Source: Leptospirales bacterium | Lineage (GTDB): Bacteria; Spirochaetota; Leptospiria; Turneriellales; JAOUFE01 | Assembly: GCA_040326155.1 (NCBI GenBank) | Contig: JBEQLE010000058.1 | Span: forward strand, 1 to 28,789 | Direction of reading: 5' to 3' | DNA: 28,789 bases | Part shown: positions 26,028 through 28,789 of the stretch, in pieces | Layout of the letters: each line of letters opens with the position of its first letter | How positions within the stretch are numbered: the first letter of the stretch is position 1 | Position numbers and translations under genes: made by a program | The notes under the pieces: model-generated | What the model was told of the DNA's origin: nothing | Database searches by the model: none | The model's input: the letters and a program-made list of their open reading frames with translations, nothing else

Positions 26028-27165
26028 GCTTTCCACACAGGTTCCGATTGAGACTGTTTTTGTTGACCGGACGGTTTCTAAAACACCTTTTACCCTGCGG
26101 TTATTTGAAAACCTGAAAAAATACCCTGGTTATAATAATGTTGCCTGGGTGGAAATTGAAGACTATAAAACTTTTATTGAAGAAAATTCAGACAAGTATT
26201 CCTTTGAACGTGGGAAAAAAAACTTAATATTATATCCCGAAAAAGGTGAATTTTTACATGCCTGCCCCGGCTCAGATGGTGTTTTGTGTTGCCACTATTA
26301 TGTGCTTGATTTCGGGATGAATTGCCCTTATGACTGTCACTATTGTTTTTTACAAACCTACTTAACTTCCCCGTTTTATAAAATGGCCGCAAATACTGAT
26401 GAGCTTTTTTTACAACTGAAAAACAAATTGACCCAAAACACAACGGGGAATCGAAACAAACTGAGAATAGGAACAGGGGAATATACCGACTCTTTGGCTG
26501 CTGATCATATAACCGGTTTATCGAGTGACTTCATCCATTTTTTTCGTGATATACCGAATACTACTCTGGAGTTAAAAACTAAATCTACGAACATAGAAAA
26601 CCTGTTGAACGTTGACCCCCAAGGCAGCGTGGTAGTAAGCTGGAGCGTGAACCCCGGCTCTGTTATTGAAGAAACTGAAATTGGTTGCCCAACACTTGAA
26701 CAAAGACTCGAAGCAGCGAAAAAAATAATACAAGCTGGCTACCAGGTGGCATTTCATTTTGATCCGATTATTGCGATTGCCGGTTGGGAAAGTGAATATA
26801 AAGAAGTTATTGATACAATATTTGATACTATAGACCCAGATAAAATTCGTTGGATATCGCTGGGAACTTTTCGCTATAGCCCTGGTCTGAAAGAAAAATT
26901 GCGCGAGCGCTACCCGAACGAAACCATCACCAGAAAAGAGATGTTTGCCGGAAAAGACGGTAAACTTCGTTATTTTTTTCCGGACAGAGTTCAAATATAT
27001 AAAACACTACAAGAGCATATTCGAAAGCGCTCTGCTGATATGTTCGTTTACTTGTGCATGGAGGTTCGTTCTGCCTGGCAACCGGTGTTTCATTACACAC
27101 CATCTGGCCCCCTGACTCTCGATGAACAATTTGAGAAAAGAAGGGTGGCCCTGTCCGGAAAATGA
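26008..27165 (+). CDS. splB: Spore photoproduct lyase-like radical SAM protein
   Basis: NCPYDCHYCFLQ, RIGTGEYTDSL, LELKTKS, VVVSWSVNP, RLEAA, FHFDPII, WISLGTFR, DGKLRY, YLCME. Confidence 0.85.
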   Translation: MRPLEAELSTQVPIETVFVDRTVSKTPFTLRLFENLKKYPGYNNVAWVEIEDYKTFIEENSDKYSFERGKKNLILYPEKGEFLHACPGSDGVLCCHYYVLDFGMNCPYDCHYCFLQTYLTSPFYKMAANTDELFLQLKNKLTQNTTGNRNKLRIGTGEYTDSLAADHITGLSSDFIHFFRDIPNTTLELKTKSTNIENLLNVDPQGSVVVSWSVNPGSVIEETEIGCPTLEQRLEAAKKIIQAGYQVAFHFDPIIAIAGWESEYKEVIDTIFDTIDPDKIRWISLGTFRYSPGLKEKLRERYPNETITRKEMFAGKDGKLRYFFPDRVQIYKTLQEHIRKRSADMFVYLCMEVRSAWQPVFHYTPSGPLTLDEQFEKRRVALSGK

Positions 27166-27270
27166 AATAGATTAGTGCTTGACCCGGCGTTTTGTAATCT
27201 CTTGGATGATGAAAACCATATACCTTGAAAGGTTCTATGGAACAAAAAAAGAACAGGAACAAACTAACTA

Positions 27271-27681
27271 ATGAAACTGTTATTCACAATAGAATTTATT
27301 GTAATTGCCGCTATCTGGATTTTTTATACTAATAAATTAACTACTCTTTTACATCAAGAAAATCTTAGTATTCGAGGTGTTTTAAAATTCTTTGCGTACA
27401 ACATGGTCAGCGAGACGACTCGAAAAGTTATAAAAATCTGGATTGTTATTACTGCGATTTGGAGTTTAACCACATGGTTATTTTTTGGTTCTTTTTTCCT
27501 GCAAGATGACCTGGGCTTTTTAGTTGGACTATTTCCTTTTGTCTGGTATTATTTTATTTTACGATTTTTTATATGGACAAAAGAAGATTTAATGGACCAG
27601 CCCGCTGATGGAATATCTTCTGAAAGCGAAATTAATACAGTAACAGTAGACAATAAAAACACTGAAGATCATGAAGAATGA
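27271..27681 (+). CDS. Hypothetical membrane protein (about 3 TM)
   Basis: Three hydrophobic segments, acidic tail, ATGA overlap with birA. Confidence 0.75.
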   Translation: MKLLFTIEFIVIAAIWIFYTNKLTTLLHQENLSIRGVLKFFAYNMVSETTRKVIKIWIVITAIWSLTTWLFFGSFFLQDDLGFLVGLFPFVWYYFILRFFIWTKEDLMDQPADGISSESEINTVTVDNKNTEDHEE

Positions 27682-28412
27682 GACCCCCTTTTTTAGTTCT
27701 TGATACGGTAGATTCTACAAATGATTTTTTGAAAAGAGAATCACAATACCGGGAAATGAATTTCTTTGCCGTACGAGCTATCGAACAAACTGCCGGGCGA
27801 GGACGCCACAATCGAACCTGGGATTCAGCTGTAGACAACCTGAGTTTTTCTTTTGTATTTAAAGCTGAGAACCTGAATAATCCTGCTATAATCAGTATTT
27901 ATACCGGTCTTGCCCTGCATAAAGCTTTAACCCGAATAACCGGGGCACAAATTCAAATTAAATGGCCAAATGATATTACCTGCAACAGCGCAAAACTGGC
28001 GGGTATACTGAGTGAACTTGTATTTGATCAGGGAAAACCAGTTGTTATTACGGGTATCGGTCTGAATGTCAATAGTACTCCCTCCATAGAACTTATTCAG
28101 AAAAAGTCCATTTGCCTGCATCAGATACTTGTGCAAGAGTATAATCTTGATCATATAATGCTTGAAATATTATCAGATATTAGAGAGTTATTTTACGATA
28201 TTACAACAACTCTGCCCGATTCCATTATACGAGAGTGGAACAAAGCTGCGGCCTGTGCCGGGAAAAAAATTGTAATTGTAGAAAACAATGAGAATATTGA
28301 ATGTACCATTCATGGGCTAGAACCCAATGGGAATTTATTGGTAGAGGACCAGAGTGGAAAAACTCATTCGCTTCAACATGGGGAAATCACTTTTGTGGAA
28401 AACCCTAACTAG
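27678..28412 (+). CDS. birA: Biotin-[acetyl-CoA-carboxylase] ligase (no N-terminal HTH)
   Basis: DSTND, QTAGRGRHNRTW, IKWPNDI, KLAGIL, GIGLNVN. Confidence 0.95.
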   Translation: MRPPFLVLDTVDSTNDFLKRESQYREMNFFAVRAIEQTAGRGRHNRTWDSAVDNLSFSFVFKAENLNNPAIISIYTGLALHKALTRITGAQIQIKWPNDITCNSAKLAGILSELVFDQGKPVVITGIGLNVNSTPSIELIQKKSICLHQILVQEYNLDHIMLEILSDIRELFYDITTTLPDSIIREWNKAAACAGKKIVIVENNENIECTIHGLEPNGNLLVEDQSGKTHSLQHGEITFVENPN

Positions 28413-28465
28413 GTTATGTATGTGAAAAAAATGTTCTAATTTACTAAAATGAAGAAGGATCTAAA

Positions 28466-28789
28466 TTGAAAAAAACACCTTTAAATGAATTGCACCGGGC
28501 TTCCGGAGCCAAAATGGTTGAATATGCCGGGTATGATATGCCTTTGAGTTACACAAACATTAAAGAAGAGTACCTTGCCGTAAGAACAACTTGCGGAGTC
28601 TTTGACGTATCCCATATGCAGGTTTTAAAATTTTCTGCCACTGCAGAAAATGCAGACAACACAGTCGCTTTGTTAAATCTTTTAACCGTAAGAAACGTCT
28701 CCAAAATGAAACCCGGAAAGGTTCAATATAACATTTTACTCAATTCTGAGGGTGGCATAATAGACGATATTACACTTTATAGAATTTCC
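28466..28789 (+). CDS. gcvT: Glycine cleavage system aminomethyltransferase T (5' part; runs off the window)
   Basis: TTG start with GAAGGA SD; MKKTPLNELHRASGAKMVEYAGYDMPLSY..EYLAVR..GVFDVSHM..GGIIDDIT. Confidence 0.92.
   Translation, partial: MKKTPLNELHRASGAKMVEYAGYDMPLSYTNIKEEYLAVRTTCGVFDVSHMQVLKFSATAENADNTVALLNLLTVRNVSKMKPGKVQYNILLNSEGGIIDDITLYRIS

Noticed and set aside
28413..28465. Glycine riboswitch upstream of gcvT
   Set aside because: Only 53 nt of AT-rich spacer, with no aptamer motif

Overview
A 28.8-kb bacterial chromosome segment, most likely from a Leptospirales spirochaete. This assignment is an inference from a Leptospira-like bactofilin-LysM/M23-neuB block, a spirochaetal-type lipobox and a TPAT-type DctP. 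(1) 1-6785: a Sec-exported SpvB-like/FG-GAP/RHS toxin gene of more than 2,134 aa runs off the left edge and is missing from the ORF track. A small beta-protein gene precedes it. (2) 7441-15481: a tight six-gene operon encodes a long-alpha ('type II') ATP citrate lyase, a stand-alone CBS protein and a type E (HdrB-anchored) fumarate reductase/succinate dehydrogenase, i.e. a reverse-TCA-type module. (3) 15.6-19.05 kb: an AT-rich accessory island holds a split lipoprotein, yefM-yoeB, an IS1595 remnant and a small-protein/HEPN-like-TM gene pair. Three families of dispersed, nested inverted repeats bracket it, and the same repeats form a gene-less palindrome at 25.4-25.7 kb. (4) 19.08-28.8 kb: housekeeping genes (neuB, LysM-M23, bactofilin, dctP, rlmN, SPL-like radical SAM, birA, partial gcvT) plus an intact CcoN-like membrane protein that appears to lack all heme/copper histidines. 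All family assignments come from motif recognition by eye, without database searches.
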